Shown here: one piece after another, positions 35,638 to 45,511 of the stretch
How the letters are laid out: each line of letters begins with the position of its first letter
Position numbering within the stretch: the first letter of the stretch is position 1
Source: an uncultured Alphaproteobacteria bacterium
Lineage (GTDB): Bacteria > Pseudomonadota > Alphaproteobacteria > HIMB59 > GCA-002718135
DNA length: 64,000 nt
Reading direction: 5' to 3'
NCBI GenBank assembly: GCA_902575815.1
Contig: CACGTA010000005.1
Location: forward strand, 2,213 to 66,212
Notes under the pieces: generated by a model
Databases searched by the model: none
The model's input: only the letters and a program-made list of their open reading frames with translations
Told to the model about the DNA's origin: nothing
Made by a program: the position numbers and the translations under genes

Positions 35638-38283
35638 TTGATGATTAATTTTAGGACCCTTAAAGTCAAAGGCTTTAAGTCTTTTGTTGAACCAACAGAA
35701 ATTTTAATTGAAAATGGTTTGACAGGTATTGTGGGGCCAAATGGATGTGGTAAATCCAATCTTGTTGAAGCTTTTAGATTCGTTATGGGTGAGCTTTCTC
35801 CAAAACAAATGAGAGGAAGCGAATTAGATGATGTTATCTTTAATGGTACAGATGATAGACCAGCATGGGATATTGCAGAGGTTTCAATAGATTTAGATAA
35901 TAAAGCACGAAAAGCACCAAGTATTTTTAATGAAAGTGATACCATTGAAGTAACCAGAAGAATTTGGCGTGGTGAAGGATCAGAATATAGAGTTAATGGC
36001 AAGGAAGTCCGTTTAAAGGATGTTCAATTACTATTTGCTGATGCAGCAACAGGTGCTCGTTCAACATCAATGGTTAGTCAAGGTAGAGTTGGTGCTATTA
36101 TCGCTGCTAAGCCAGAGCAAAGAAGAACTTTACTCGAAGAAGCTGCGGGAATTACAGGCCTACATTCAAGACGGCACGAAGCTGAATTACGATTAAATGC
36201 AACTGAAAATAACTTAGAACGTGTAAAGGACGTATTAAAAGCACAAGACGAACAACTTACAATATTAAAGAAACAATCAAAACAAGCTGAAAGATATAAG
36301 TATATTCAAAAAGATATTACAAAAGCAAGAGCAAGATTGTTTTATAAAAAATGGATTGATGAAAAAGATAAATTAAAAAATGCTAATGAAAAAATTCAAT
36401 CTGAGACAAATGTTGTAAATGACCAAACACAAGTTGTTGCACAAATAAATGTCGAATTTGAAAAAGTTCAAGATAGCCTTCCAAACCTGAGACTCCAAGA
36501 AAGTAAGGTTGCAGCTGAACTGCAGAAATATTCAATTAGTTTAGAAAATCAAGAAAAAGAGATTGAAAGAGCAAATCTTGCAGTAGACGAAACAAAAGTC
36601 CGTATAGAGCAAATTAAAAATGATATTGATAGAGAAAAATTTTTATTTGAAGATGCAAAACAAAATCTTGAAAGAGTACAAGAAGAAAAATCAATACTTT
36701 TAAAACAACAAGGTGATCTTTTTATTCAAACTGATAATGATCTAAATAATGAAAATGTTTCTAATAAAAAAAATAATAATCCAATTATTGATTATCTAGA
36801 CTTTGAAGATGGTCTTGAACAAGCAATTGCTGCAGTTTTTTCAGATGAGTTAATTGCATCTATCGATGAAGAAGAGAGTATTTTTTGGAGAAACTTAGAT
36901 GTAGAAGATTCTTCCTTTAATTCAGAAATTACTAAATTTTCCTCTCTGATCAAAGCACCAGATAATTTGAAAAAGAAATTAGAGTTTGTTGGATTAATTG
37001 AAAATAAAGAAAATGTTTTAGAAATTCAAAAAACTTTAAAGCCAGGTCAGATATTAGTTAGCAAACTAGGAGAAATTTGGAGATGGGATGGGTATGTATC
37101 TAAAGGTAAACAAAATAATTCAACTAAAGCAATATTGGAGCAATTAAAAAATAGACGAATAAAGCAATTAAGTGCAGAGGAAAAACAATGGAATGATATT
37201 TCTGCAAAAGCAAATCAAAGAATAGAAGAACTGAATTCAAGGCAAAATACATTGATTAGTGAATTATCTAATCTCCAATCCATTCCTGAAGATGTATCAA
37301 GTGAAAAATTAAAAATACAAAAGTTGATTGATGAAAATAAGAATTCTTATGAACAAATAGCTGAGCAGCTTCGTCAAACTGAACAAAATTCTAATGAGAT
37401 CAATAAGAAATTAAAATTAGAAGAAATTAAATTAAATGAATTAAGAGAAGAGAGAATTAGAACCGAAGGTCAAATTAATACGATTAATGAAGCAATTAAA
37501 TTATTATCAACTCAGGTAAAAGAAAGATTGAGTGTAGAACTAGAAGAACTTTACAATCTTGGAGAAATCAATCCAAATAAAATTTTGGGTGAGACTGATG
37601 ATTTAGAAAAAAAGTTAGAGAGACTAATTGCTGAGCAAGAACGTTTAGGTGGTGTTAATCTTTTAGCAGAACAAGAATCAAAGGATTTAGAAGAAAAAGT
37701 AAATACGATAAAGAAAGATCAAAGTGACCTTTTGAGTGCAATTGCAAAACTAAGAGAAGCAATTGATTCACTTAATACAGAAGGTAGACAACGTTTACTT
37801 GCAGCATATGGAATAGTGAATGAAAATTTTCAAAAACTATTTACCAGGTTGTTTGGTGGTGGTAAGGCTTATCTTAAATTTACAGATGAATCAGATCCTC
37901 TTCAAGCTGGTTTAGAAATATTTGCTAGTCCTCCCGGAAAAAAATTACAAAATCTAAATTTACTTTCTGGTGGTGAGCAAGCTCTTACAGCATTATCATT
38001 ATTATTTGCCGTATTTTTATCAAACCCAGCTCCAATTTGTGTACTTGATGAAGTTGATGCACCGTTAGATGACACAAATGTTGATAGATTTTGTTCCTTA
38101 GTAGAAGAAATAGCTAAAACTTCTTCAACTAAATTCTTGGTTATAACTCACCATAGAATGACAATGGCTAGAGTAAATAGATTATTTGGTGTTACTATGC
38201 CTGAGAAAGGTGTCTCACAATTAGTCTCCGTTGATCTTGAAAAGGCAATAGAAATAAAAGAGCAAGATACTACTGATGAATAA
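35638..38283 (+). CDS. smc: Chromosome segregation protein SMC (unusually short, 881 aa)
   Basis: Walker A GPNGCGKSN, signature LSGGEQALTALSLLFA and Walker B VLDEVDAPLDD. The hinge remnant is YLDFEDGLEQAIAAVF...GEIWRWDG. The start is TTG at 35638 or ATG at 35641. Confidence 0.85.
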   Translation: MMINFRTLKVKGFKSFVEPTEILIENGLTGIVGPNGCGKSNLVEAFRFVMGELSPKQMRGSELDDVIFNGTDDRPAWDIAEVSIDLDNKARKAPSIFNESDTIEVTRRIWRGEGSEYRVNGKEVRLKDVQLLFADAATGARSTSMVSQGRVGAIIAAKPEQRRTLLEEAAGITGLHSRRHEAELRLNATENNLERVKDVLKAQDEQLTILKKQSKQAERYKYIQKDITKARARLFYKKWIDEKDKLKNANEKIQSETNVVNDQTQVVAQINVEFEKVQDSLPNLRLQESKVAAELQKYSISLENQEKEIERANLAVDETKVRIEQIKNDIDREKFLFEDAKQNLERVQEEKSILLKQQGDLFIQTDNDLNNENVSNKKNNNPIIDYLDFEDGLEQAIAAVFSDELIASIDEEESIFWRNLDVEDSSFNSEITKFSSLIKAPDNLKKKLEFVGLIENKENVLEIQKTLKPGQILVSKLGEIWRWDGYVSKGKQNNSTKAILEQLKNRRIKQLSAEEKQWNDISAKANQRIEELNSRQNTLISELSNLQSIPEDVSSEKLKIQKLIDENKNSYEQIAEQLRQTEQNSNEINKKLKLEEIKLNELREERIRTEGQINTINEAIKLLSTQVKERLSVELEELYNLGEINPNKILGETDDLEKKLERLIAEQERLGGVNLLAEQESKDLEEKVNTIKKDQSDLLSAIAKLREAIDSLNTEGRQRLLAAYGIVNENFQKLFTRLFGGGKAYLKFTDESDPLQAGLEIFASPPGKKLQNLNLLSGGEQALTALSLLFAVFLSNPAPICVLDEVDAPLDDTNVDRFCSLVEEIAKTSSTKFLVITHHRMTMARVNRLFGVTMPEKGVSQLVSVDLEKAIEIKEQDTTDE

Positions 38284-38563
38284 TAAAAATAAAAATTTAG
38301 AAGAATTAGGTAAAAAAATTGAAGATTTAGATGGCCAAAACAAAGAGCCTAATATTAAGAAAAAAGAGAGCGGCGCTGGATTTGGTTTCAAAATTAGTAC
38401 AGAAATTATAGCTGCACTAGTTGTTGGAGTTGGAATTGGGCTTATTGTGGATAATTACTTTAATACTAAACCAATAGGGTTAATTATTTTCTTCATATTT
38501 GGCGCATTAGCTGGATTTTTGAACGTTTATCGTGTAATGCGTCGCATTGAAAAGCAAAGGTAA
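38276..38563 (+). CDS. atpI: AtpI/AtpZ-family ATP synthase protein I
   Basis: A small 2-TM protein directly upstream of atpB. Its start overlaps the smc stop by 8 nt. Confidence 0.7.
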   Translation: MNNKNKNLEELGKKIEDLDGQNKEPNIKKKESGAGFGFKISTEIIAALVVGVGIGLIVDNYFNTKPIGLIIFFIFGALAGFLNVYRVMRRIEKQR

Positions 38564-38584
38564 TTTTAATATTCAATAACAATT

Positions 38585-39319
38585 ATGGCCGCAAAAGACA
38601 GTCCACTAAAACAGTTCGAAATAGATCCAATATCTAATATTGAACTTGTTGGCTATAATATTTCATTTACAAATTCATCTTTTGCTATGATGATTACTGT
38701 TTTAGTAATTACTCTTTTTTTAACTTTAACAGTGAATACAAAAACAATCATCCCTTCTAGGATGCAACTTATTTCAGAATTGATGTATAATTTTATAGCT
38801 CAGCTTCTCTCTGATACAGTTGGTGATAATGGAAAAAGATATTTCCCATTTGTTTTCTCTTTATTTATGTTTGTGTTAATTGGAAATATGGTTGGTATGA
38901 TACCATACCAGTTTACTTTCACGAGTCATATTATTGTTACATTTGCGTTAGCGGCAGTTGTATTTATTGGTGTAACTATTCTTGGATTTGTTAATCATGG
39001 TATTAAATTTTTTTCTTTCTTTTATATACCTGGTGTACCCTTTTACATGCATCCACTTCTAATTCCTATTGAGGTAATTTCTTATTTATCAAGACCTATA
39101 AGTTTATCAGTTAGATTATTTGCAAACATGCTGGCTGGTCACACACTACTAAAAGTATTTGCAAGCTTTGTTGTTTCCATGCCTTTTTTTACAGGAGTTT
39201 TTCCTTTAGCTTTCATTGTAGCTTTAACAGGACTAGAAATTTTAATTGCTTTTTTGCAAGCATATGTGTTTGCAATACTTACGTGTTTATATATTAACGA
39301 TGCTTATCATTTACATTAA
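38585..39319 (+). CDS. atpB: F0F1 ATP synthase subunit a
   Basis: The essential Arg region LSVRLFANMLAGH is present. Confidence 0.95.
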   Translation: MAAKDSPLKQFEIDPISNIELVGYNISFTNSSFAMMITVLVITLFLTLTVNTKTIIPSRMQLISELMYNFIAQLLSDTVGDNGKRYFPFVFSLFMFVLIGNMVGMIPYQFTFTSHIIVTFALAAVVFIGVTILGFVNHGIKFFSFFYIPGVPFYMHPLLIPIEVISYLSRPISLSVRLFANMLAGHTLLKVFASFVVSMPFFTGVFPLAFIVALTGLEILIAFLQAYVFAILTCLYINDAYHLH

Positions 39320-39337
39320 TTTAAAATAGGAGGACTT

Positions 39338-39562
39338 ATGGAAATTGAAGCAGCAAAAGTAATCGGAGCGGGTCTAGCCGTTATCGGTGTTATCGGATCG
39401 GGTATTGGAATTGGGAATATTTTCTCATCTTTTATTCAAGCAGTTGGAAGAAATCCGGCGGCAAGAGGTGAAGTTTTTACAATGACAATGTTAGGTTTCG
39501 CATTAGTTGAAGCGATTGCGCTTTTCGCGCTAGTTATTGCTTTAGTTATTTTGTTCGGATAA
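39338..39562 (+). CDS. atpE: F0F1 ATP synthase subunit c
   Basis: A 74-aa hairpin protein with GRNPAA and the carboxylate in ALVEAIALF. A strong SD (AGGAGG) lies upstream. Confidence 0.95.
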   Translation: MEIEAAKVIGAGLAVIGVIGSGIGIGNIFSSFIQAVGRNPAARGEVFTMTMLGFALVEAIALFALVIALVILFG

Positions 39563-39579
39563 GACTCAATAATTAATTA

Positions 39580-40071
39580 ATGCCTCAATTAAATCCAGAG
39601 TTTTTTGTTTCGCAGCTCTTTTGGTTAGCTGTTTTCTTTACTTTTCTATTTGTATTTTTATGGAGGGTATCTCTTCCAAGAATAGCTACAGTTTTAGAGA
39701 AAAGACAAAATAAAATAGATGAGAATTTATCTTCAGCAAAAGAGCTTCAAGAACAGGCAATGGAAATTGAAAAAAAAATTAATGATCAAATCAATAAGGC
39801 TAAACTAGAAACAGATGAGAAAATTAAAGAGACAATCAATACTTTACAAGAAGATGTTTCTTCTCAACTTTCTTCACTTGATAAAGATTTAGAAAAAAAA
39901 GTTTCTGATGCAGAAAAAGAAATTTTAAAAAGTAAAGATAATCAAATGAAAAATATTAACAATGAAATAGCTAAAATAACAAAACTGACTGTTGGGAAAA
40001 TCACAGACATAAAATTATCAGATAATGAAATCAATAAAGTTATTGAAACACATAAAGGTAATTTTAACTAA
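39580..40071 (+). CDS. atpF2: F0F1 ATP synthase subunit b'
   Basis: An N-terminal TM segment followed by a long charged helix. It is the first of two b-type genes, as in alphaproteobacteria. Confidence 0.85.
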   Translation: MPQLNPEFFVSQLFWLAVFFTFLFVFLWRVSLPRIATVLEKRQNKIDENLSSAKELQEQAMEIEKKINDQINKAKLETDEKIKETINTLQEDVSSQLSSLDKDLEKKVSDAEKEILKSKDNQMKNINNEIAKITKLTVGKITDIKLSDNEINKVIETHKGNFN

Positions 40072-40556
40072 TGTTTTCTGATCCTCAATTTTGGGTTGCG
40101 GTATCTTTTATTCTATTTATTGCAGCTATTTTTAATCCAGTAAGAAAAATTCTTATATCTAGTTTAGATACTCAAATTATAGATATAAGAAATAAAATAG
40201 ATGAAGTTGAAAATTTAAAAATTGAGGCTCAAAAAGCTTTAGATGAATTAAAAGAAAGAGAAACTAAGGTAGAAAAGGAAATACAAAATCTTAATTTGGA
40301 ATCCGAAAAAAGAATAGCTGAACTAAAAGATATATCTTCCTCTAAATTATCTGATCAAATTGAAAAAAGAAAAATATTGGCTGAAAATAAGATTGAACAA
40401 TTAGTAAGAGATACCAATAACTCTATAAAAAATTATATTTCAAGTATTGCAATAGATGCTACGAGAAATATTCTACTTCAAAATCTCAGTAAGGATAAAA
40501 AATCTGCATTAATTGAAGAATCTATTACCGAATTTAACGCTGTTTTAAAGAATTAA
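40071..40556 (+). CDS. atpF: F0F1 ATP synthase subunit b
   Basis: An N-terminal TM segment followed by a long charged helix. It is the second b-type gene. Confidence 0.85.
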   Translation: MFSDPQFWVAVSFILFIAAIFNPVRKILISSLDTQIIDIRNKIDEVENLKIEAQKALDELKERETKVEKEIQNLNLESEKRIAELKDISSSKLSDQIEKRKILAENKIEQLVRDTNNSIKNYISSIAIDATRNILLQNLSKDKKSALIEESITEFNAVLKN

Positions 40557-40668
40557 AAGTAGATTAATCAGTCTACATATTTGAATAAAATATTAAGAAA
40601 TTAACATTAAAAGATTTTTAAAATCTATAGTATTATTAACAAACTAAAATTAAAGTTAGCAAATTTAA

Positions 40669-41610
40669 ATGACAAAAAAACTTAATATCTTTCTTGCAGG
40701 ACCTCGAGGTTTTTGTGCTGGAGTAGATAGGGCGATAGAAATGGTTAAGGGCGCTCTTAAAAAATATGGAGCGCCAGTATATGTTCGTCATGAAATAGTG
40801 CATAATAAATTTGTTGTTGAAAATCTCAAATCACAAGGAGCTATTTTTGTAGAGGAATTAAATGAAATTGAAGATAAAAGTAGGCCAGTAATCTTTTCTG
40901 CACATGGTGTTCCAAAAGCTGTGCCCGAGGAAGCATTAAGTTTAAATTTGATATATTATGATGCAACATGTCCACTAGTTAGCAAAATTCATAAGGAGGT
41001 TGAAAATTTTGATAAAAAGAATCTTCCTGTAATTTTAATTGGTCATAGAAATCATCCTGAAGTTATAGGAACTATGGGTCAAACAAATAAAGAAATTCAT
41101 TTAGTAGAAAAAGTGGAAGACGTTAAAAAATTACCCTTTAATCATAATGATCAGATCGCATATGTCACTCAAACTACTTTGTCAGTAGATGATACAAAAG
41201 ATATAATAAAAGAGATAAAACTACATTTTAGTAATGTTATAGAACCAAAAAAGAATGATATTTGTTATGCCACGACTAACAGACAAGAAGCAGTAAAAAA
41301 GATAGCAAATCAATGTGATTATTTTTTGGTAATTGGTGCAAGTAATTCATCAAATTCATTAAGATTAGTTGAAGTTGCAAAAAATTATGGTTCTAAAAAA
41401 GCTATCTTAGTTGAAGATGTAGATTCCTTAAATTTAAATATATTTGAAGAAGCTAAAAATATAGGAATAACAGCAAGTGCATCATCACCGGAAATACTTG
41501 TAAGAAAACTTCTTGATAATTTGAAAAAAAATTTTGAAGTTCAAGTAAATGAAAGGCATTATCAAAAAGAAGATGTATTTTTTAAAGTGCCACAAAAGCT
41601 AAACGTATAA
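40669..41610 (+). CDS. ispH: 4-hydroxy-3-methylbut-2-enyl diphosphate reductase
   Basis: PRGFCAGVDRAI, SAHGV, DATCPLV and ICYATTNRQ motifs, which include the three cluster Cys. Confidence 0.95.
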   Translation: MTKKLNIFLAGPRGFCAGVDRAIEMVKGALKKYGAPVYVRHEIVHNKFVVENLKSQGAIFVEELNEIEDKSRPVIFSAHGVPKAVPEEALSLNLIYYDATCPLVSKIHKEVENFDKKNLPVILIGHRNHPEVIGTMGQTNKEIHLVEKVEDVKKLPFNHNDQIAYVTQTTLSVDDTKDIIKEIKLHFSNVIEPKKNDICYATTNRQEAVKKIANQCDYFLVIGASNSSNSLRLVEVAKNYGSKKAILVEDVDSLNLNIFEEAKNIGITASASSPEILVRKLLDNLKKNFEVQVNERHYQKEDVFFKVPQKLNV

Positions 41611-41611
41611 A

Positions 41612-42562
41612 ATGGCGGTCTTTACTAAATTACTTAAGGAAGATATCGAAAACTTTATCTCTGATTACGCAATTGGAAATCTAGAAAGATTTGAAGAAAT
41701 TGTTGATGGAATTGAAAACTCAAATTTTAAAATTTTTTGTAACAATCAACCATATATTTTAACAATTTTTGAAAAAAGAGTATCTGAGAAGGAATTACCT
41801 TTTTTTATAAATTTAAAAAATTTTTTATATAAAAATAATTTTAAATGTCCAAAAGCTATCTCAGATAAAAATGGAAAAACTTTAAAAAAATTAAAAAATA
41901 AAACTGCTGTTATTGTTTCTTTTCTAGAAGGTAAAAGTATTGAAAAACCAAACTTAGCAATGTGTAAAGAAGTTGGAAAGATGGTTGCTGATTTCCACAA
42001 TCTTACCATAAATTTTGATGAAAGAAGATCAAACAGTTTAGATTTAAAAGATTGGAAAGAAATTTACAAAAAATGCCTCAATAATAAATCTGAAAAGTTT
42101 AATGAAACAATGTCTTTGTTAAAGAGTGAAATAGAATATTTAGAAAATTGTTGGCCAAATAATATTCCTTGTGGTGTCATACATGCTGATTTATTTAGAG
42201 ATAATATTTTTTTTAAAAATGAGAAAATTTCTGGAGTAATAGATTTCTATTTTTCATGTTATTACTTTTATATTTACGACATAGCTATATTAATTAATGA
42301 TTGGTGTTTTAGTGAAAATGGAGAAAACTTTAATAAACAGCACTGCTTGACAATTCTGGAGGAATATCAAAAACTGAGAAAATTAAATGATCTTGAAAAA
42401 GTATCATTAAATATTTTATTAAGAGCTGCAGCTGTTAGAATATTATGTACAAGAGTGTACGACTATATTTTTCATCCGCCCAAAGCAGTCGTTTTTAGAA
42501 AAGACCCATTTGAATATTTAAATATTCTAAAATGGCATCAACAAAATGAAATTTTAGTATAA
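41612..42562 (+). CDS. thrB: Homoserine kinase, type II (ThrB, protein-kinase fold)
   Basis: MAVFTKL...GIENSNF...YILTIFEKR...LPFF and catalytic IHADLFRDNIFF. The ispH-thrB-rnhA order is conserved. Confidence 0.85.
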   Translation: MAVFTKLLKEDIENFISDYAIGNLERFEEIVDGIENSNFKIFCNNQPYILTIFEKRVSEKELPFFINLKNFLYKNNFKCPKAISDKNGKTLKKLKNKTAVIVSFLEGKSIEKPNLAMCKEVGKMVADFHNLTINFDERRSNSLDLKDWKEIYKKCLNNKSEKFNETMSLLKSEIEYLENCWPNNIPCGVIHADLFRDNIFFKNEKISGVIDFYFSCYYFYIYDIAILINDWCFSENGENFNKQHCLTILEEYQKLRKLNDLEKVSLNILLRAAAVRILCTRVYDYIFHPPKAVVFRKDPFEYLNILKWHQQNEILV

Positions 42563-42990
42563 TGATAAATATTTATACTGATGGAGCATGTTCTGGTAAC
42601 CCTGGTATAGGTGGATGGGGGGTTGTAATATTAGATAATAACAAAGAAATTTTATTAAATGGCGGAGATCAACACACAACTAATAATAAAATGGAACTTA
42701 CAGCAGCAATAAAAGCACTAGAACATTTTGTAATAAAAAAAGATTTGATAATTTATACAGATAGCAAATATGTCAAGGATGGTATTGAATTATGGATTAA
42801 AAATTGGAAAAACAATGGATGGAAAACTTCAACAAAAAAAATAGTGAAAAATAAAGAATTATGGATGCAATTAGATAATTTAATTAGTAAACATAATGTA
42901 ACTTGGAAGTGGGTTAAGGGTCACTCAGGTCTTGAATTCAATGAGAAGGCTGATGAACTGGCAAGGCAATATATTGAAAGTAATATTTAG
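42562..42990 (+). CDS. rnhA: Ribonuclease HI
   Basis: IYTDGAC.GNPG.GGWG, TNNKMEL, YTDSKYV, WVKGHSG...NE.AD. Confidence 0.95.
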   Translation: MINIYTDGACSGNPGIGGWGVVILDNNKEILLNGGDQHTTNNKMELTAAIKALEHFVIKKDLIIYTDSKYVKDGIELWIKNWKNNGWKTSTKKIVKNKELWMQLDNLISKHNVTWKWVKGHSGLEFNEKADELARQYIESNI

Positions 42991-43537
42991 TTTATTTTTA
43001 ATTTTTCTGTATTGTAAGCAGACTCTAGCTAATGATTTATGGACGATAGATAAAAATATTTCTAGTATAGAATTTGAAGTTCCAGTTTTGTTTGCAAAAA
43101 ATGTTATTGGAAAATTTAATACATTTGATGGTTTTGTTTCTTTAGATTTATCTAATCAAAATAATAATAAAGCACTAATAAATGTTGATATTGATAGTTT
43201 AAACTTTAATTATAAACGGTATAAAGATTTAGTACTTAGTGAAGTTTTCTTTGATGCAAAAAAATTTCCATCCGGCCTTATAGATACAAATAATTTTAAA
43301 TTTGACTATGAAGATAATAAAATTAATTTGATAGGTGAGTTGACCATCAAAGGTAAGAGTCAAAAGATTCCTATTGATATTGAAGTTATAAAATTAGCTA
43401 GTGAGTTGGTTCAGATAAAAAGTGAAATATCATTCTCTAGAAATGAATTCGATATTGGAACTGGTAGTTGGAAAAACACTACTATTCTTAAAGATGAAAT
43501 AAAAATTAAAGCAAATATTTTTCTTTTCAAAGAATAA
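42932..43537 (+). CDS. YceI-like periplasmic protein (start uncertain)
   Basis: SSIEFEV...G.F..F.G motifs and a C-terminal beta-barrel pattern. Alternative starts, ATG at 42953 or TTG at 42974, would reduce the overlap with rnhA. Confidence 0.7.
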   Translation: MNSMRRLMNWQGNILKVIFSLFLIFLYCKQTLANDLWTIDKNISSIEFEVPVLFAKNVIGKFNTFDGFVSLDLSNQNNNKALINVDIDSLNFNYKRYKDLVLSEVFFDAKKFPSGLIDTNNFKFDYEDNKINLIGELTIKGKSQKIPIDIEVIKLASELVQIKSEISFSRNEFDIGTGSWKNTTILKDEIKIKANIFLFKE

Positions 43538-43781
43538 TTGCTAAAATTTAGATTTTCTTGAATTAAGCTAAACATTCTTTGACAAAATTGTTTACTTAAT
43601 AAGAATTCGTTAAATCCACTTTTTTAATAAAAAGGGTTTAATGCATAAATTTTCTTCAAATTATTTATTTTTCCAGTTTAAATACCAGTTAACATTAATT
43701 GGTAATTTTTTTTTAATAGAAACTGATAAAGCCCTGCCTATACCAGAGATTGCACATGTATTAAAATAACTTTATTTTTCA

Positions 43782-45401
43782 CTAATTATTTTTATTTATT
43801 AATTCACCACACCTCATACCAAGCATCATTGCCGGAGCAGAAGTATTTCCAGAACTTATTATAGGCATTGCAGATAAATCACTTACTCTTAAATTATCAA
43901 TTCCTTTTACTCTCATTTTTGCATCTAATACTGACTCATTATCATTATCGGCTCCCATTTTAGCTGTTCCAGAAGGATGGTAGTTTGTTTTAACAAATTT
44001 TTTACAGTGATTTTCTAGTACATCATTAGTTATTTTTTTATCACTAGGAAGAACAATTTTATCAATTTTATTTGAAAGTGGTTTACTATTCAAAACATCT
44101 AAATAAAATTTTTGTGCAGCAATCATTAATTTCAGATCATCTGGATGTTTTAAAAGGTTAGGCTCAATAATGGGTGGGTCTAAATAATTATTAGACTTTA
44201 ATTTCACAAATCCTTTTGACTTCGGTTTAGTTAGAACGTTAGATATTGTCATACCATAATCTTCATCAACAACACCAATTGTATCTGGATTCATATACAT
44301 TATTGGAACAAATGAAGCCTGAACATTTGGCAGTTCTTTATCATCAAGAGGGTTAATAAAAGCTCCTGCTTCAACGCCTGTAGAGTTTACAACTCCTGAT
44401 CCAAACATAAGAAATTGAATACCATTTCTTAACATTCTTAAACCTTTGTCTTGTTTAAAATAGCCATGTTTCCCATTTGCTTTAGCTATTAGAATACTTT
44501 CTGGATGATCCATTAAATTTTTTCCAACACCTGGCAAATGTTGTATGCATTTTATATCATGATTTTTAAGCTCATCTTTGTCTCCTATTCCAGATAACAT
44601 AAGAATTTTAGGTGTTACGAAGGAACCTGCACAAATAATAATTTCTTTATCTGCATATAATTTTTCAGATTGACCATACTTATCAACATACTCAACACCT
44701 ATAGCTTTGTTATTTTCTATTATTATTTTTTTTATCTTAGTTTCTAGGATTAAATTTAGATTTGGATTTCTTAATTCATTTTCAATGAACGCATATGCTG
44801 CCGAAGATCTTTTACCTTTTTTATTCATAAATTGATAAAAACCAACTCCCTTCTGAGTTTCTGAATTAAAGTCTTCTGTTGATTTAATTCCTATTTTTTT
44901 CATGGTTTCTACAAAATCATAACTTAGATCATTAATATATGGTGAATATGATACATTTAATTTACCTCCTTGATTATGAAACTCATTTTTAAGTTTATCA
45001 TTATTTTCCATATCTTTAAAAATTGGCAGAAGACTATCCCATGACCAATCAACACTATCGTTGTTAAATCTAAGTAAGTCTTGCCACTGATTATATTCCT
45101 CTTTACCACCTCTGATATAAACCTGTGCATTGATAGATGTACCTCCACCTAAAACATTCCCCTGAGGTAAAACATTTTTCCTATCACCTAAGTGATGTTG
45201 AATAGTAGACTCATAATATGTTGCATACTTATTGTTGTTAAGTATTTTAAAAAACCCTGATGGTATATCCAAATAAAAATTATGATGAATTGGTCCAGCT
45301 TCAAACAATGTTACTTTAGATTCATTTTTAAGTAATGATGATGTAGTAGCACAACCTGACGCACCCCCACCTACAACGATAAATTCAGTTGATTTTGACA
45401 T
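43782..45401 (-). CDS. GMC family FAD oxidoreductase (choline/sugar dehydrogenase-like), paralog 1
   Basis: N-terminal FAD motif IVVGGGASGC, GMC signature GGGTSINAQVYIRG and C-terminal HPSGTAKMG. Confidence 0.85.
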   Translation of the reverse strand: MSKSTEFIVVGGGASGCATTSSLLKNESKVTLFEAGPIHHNFYLDIPSGFFKILNNNKYATYYESTIQHHLGDRKNVLPQGNVLGGGTSINAQVYIRGGKEEYNQWQDLLRFNNDSVDWSWDSLLPIFKDMENNDKLKNEFHNQGGKLNVSYSPYINDLSYDFVETMKKIGIKSTEDFNSETQKGVGFYQFMNKKGKRSSAAYAFIENELRNPNLNLILETKIKKIIIENNKAIGVEYVDKYGQSEKLYADKEIIICAGSFVTPKILMLSGIGDKDELKNHDIKCIQHLPGVGKNLMDHPESILIAKANGKHGYFKQDKGLRMLRNGIQFLMFGSGVVNSTGVEAGAFINPLDDKELPNVQASFVPIMYMNPDTIGVVDEDYGMTISNVLTKPKSKGFVKLKSNNYLDPPIIEPNLLKHPDDLKLMIAAQKFYLDVLNSKPLSNKIDKIVLPSDKKITNDVLENHCKKFVKTNYHPSGTAKMGADNDNESVLDAKMRVKGIDNLRVSDLSAMPIISSGNTSAPAMMLGMRCGELINKNN

Positions 45402-45511
45402 TCTTTAAATAAGATTAAATATAATTTATAATCTGTCAAATATATAAGTGGCCCGAACCAATTCAGTTTTTATGTTATTTCTTAATTAGAGTAGTTCTAA
45501 AAACACTTCAT

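Noticed and set aside
35574-36002. 142-aa ORF on the minus strand spanning the dsbA/smc junction
   Set aside because: It lies entirely antisense to two genes with unmistakable motifs (DsbA GSTPSF; SMC Walker A). Its sequence is low-complexity Ser/Leu/Pro-rich, as expected for a shadow frame.
40559-40576. Hairpin GTAGA-N8-TCTAC after atpF as the atp operon terminator
   Set aside because: The stem is only 5 bp and there is no T-tract, which is too weak to call.
43678-43693. TTAA-N7-TTAAC as a functional CtrA box or replication origin element
   Set aside because: TTAA is very frequent at about 70% AT, so a single match is expected by chance. No cluster of boxes, DnaA boxes or hemE/origin-type context is present.
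43641-43769. 42-codon ORF in the yceI/GMC gap as a real gene
   Set aside because: It is too short and compositionally unremarkable to call from sequence alone. I kept it only as part of the intergenic-gap finding.
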